Shown here in pieces: positions 62,950 to 64,000 of a DNA stretch of 64,000 bases. Source of the stretch: Chiloscyllium plagiosum (Eukaryota); contig NC_057754.1 of NCBI RefSeq assembly GCF_004010195.1, positions 9,515,516 through 9,579,515 of the forward strand. Direction: 5' to 3'. Numbering within the stretch: the stretch's first letter is position 1; every line of letters starts with the position of its first letter. A program made the position numbers and the translations under genes. Under the pieces are notes generated by a model. It worked only from the letters and a program-made list of their open reading frames with translations, did no database searches and was not told the origin of the DNA.

Positions 62950-64000
62950 AAAAATGATAGTAAGAAGCCCAGGGAACTGTAGACCAGTCAGCCTGACATC
63001 AGTGGTGGGCAAGTTGTTGGAGGGGATTCTGAGGGACAGGATTTCCATGTATTTGGAAAGGCAAGAACTGATTAGGGACAGTCAGCATGGCTTTGCATGT
63101 GGGAAATCGTGTCTAACTTGATTGAGTTTTTTGATAAAGAGGATTGATGAGGGCAGAGCAGTGGATGTTGTCTATGTGGACTTCAGTAAGGCCGTTCAAC
63201 ATGCTTCCACATGTAATTTGGTTAGCAAGGTTAGATCACACAGAATACAGGGAGAACTAGCCATTTACATACAAAATTGGCTCAAAAGTAGGAGACAGAG
63301 GGTGGTGGTGGAGGGTTACCTTTCTGACTCCAGTCTGTGACCAGCGGTGTGCCGCAGGATCAGTGCTAGCTCCACTGCCTTTTGTCATTTATATAAATGT
63401 TTTGGATGTGAACATAGGAGGTATGGTTATAAGTTTGCAGATAAAACCACAGTTGGTGGTGTAGTGGAGAGTGAAGGTTAGCTCAGAGTACAACGGGACC
63501 TTGATCAGATGAGCCAATAGGCTGAGGAGGGGCAGATGGAGTTTAATCAGGATAAATGTGAGGTGATGCATTTTGGAAAGGCAAATCAGGGCAGGGCTTA
63601 TACTCTTAATGGTAAGGTTCTGGGGAGTGTTGCCGAACAGAGACCTTGGAGTGCAGGTTCATAATTCCTTGAAAGTGGACTTGCAGGCAGACAGTGTAAT
63701 GAAGAAGGCCTTTACTGGTCAGAGCATCGAGTATCAGAGTTGGAATCCTGTGTTCAATTCTGGTCTCCCTCCTATAGGAAAGATGTTGTTCACCCAGAAA
63801 GGGTTCAGAAAAGATTAACAAGGATGTTGCCAGGGTCGGAGGGCTTGAGCGACAGGGAGAGGCTGAATAGGCTGGGGCTGTTTTCCCTGAGCATCAGAGG
63901 TTGAGAGATTTATAAAATCATGAGGGGCATGGATATAGTGAATAGACAAGCTCTCTTCCCAAAGGTAGAAGAATCTAAAACTGGAGGTCATAGGTTAAAG
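62950..64000 (+). mobile_element. CR1 LINE RT fragment (runs off window)
   Basis: GNCRPVSLTSVVGK, SQHGF..SCLT, YVDFSKA, RDLGVQVH. Confidence 0.9.

Noticed and set aside
1..64000. CRISPR arrays, rRNA, prokaryotic operons or defence systems
   Set aside because: No regularly spaced repeat-spacer array or prokaryotic gene organisation; the sequence is vertebrate with spliceosomal introns.

Overview
Eukaryotic, repeat-dense (well over half transposon-derived) genomic DNA that is almost certainly from a shark/elasmobranch, based on HE1-type V-SINEs and CR1/HER1-type LINEs. It has three N gaps. The window holds two interleaved multigene families undergoing birth and death. (1) GPR139-like class A GPCRs with two exons: two intact genes on + (21684-24831, about 320 aa; 47749-54576, about 363 aa) and an internally deleted pseudogene on - (33373-34338). 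(2) KRAB-less C2H2 zinc-finger genes of the 'MEKxWKC' type: one intact 9-finger ORF (10201-10959), head-to-head across a CpG-island bidirectional promoter with a TE-shattered paralog (about 3190-6300), plus a third remnant near 59.2-59.8 kb. Between them lie Gmr1-like Gypsy elements (SCAN-like gag, IN-before-RT order) and solo LTRs with 4-bp TSDs, canonical Gypsy fragments, L1/Tx1, L2 and CR1 LINEs, and a Tigger-type MITE. Several Penelope-like families together carry at least 8 minimal hammerhead-ribozyme motifs. Unexplained items are a ~0.8-kb inverted repeat inside a GPCR intron, a 32-bp templated insertion, and an unidentified decayed multi-exon gene at 1.3-2.3 kb. All calls are by eye without database searches, and repeat boundaries are approximate unless a TSD, TIR or splice site is quoted.
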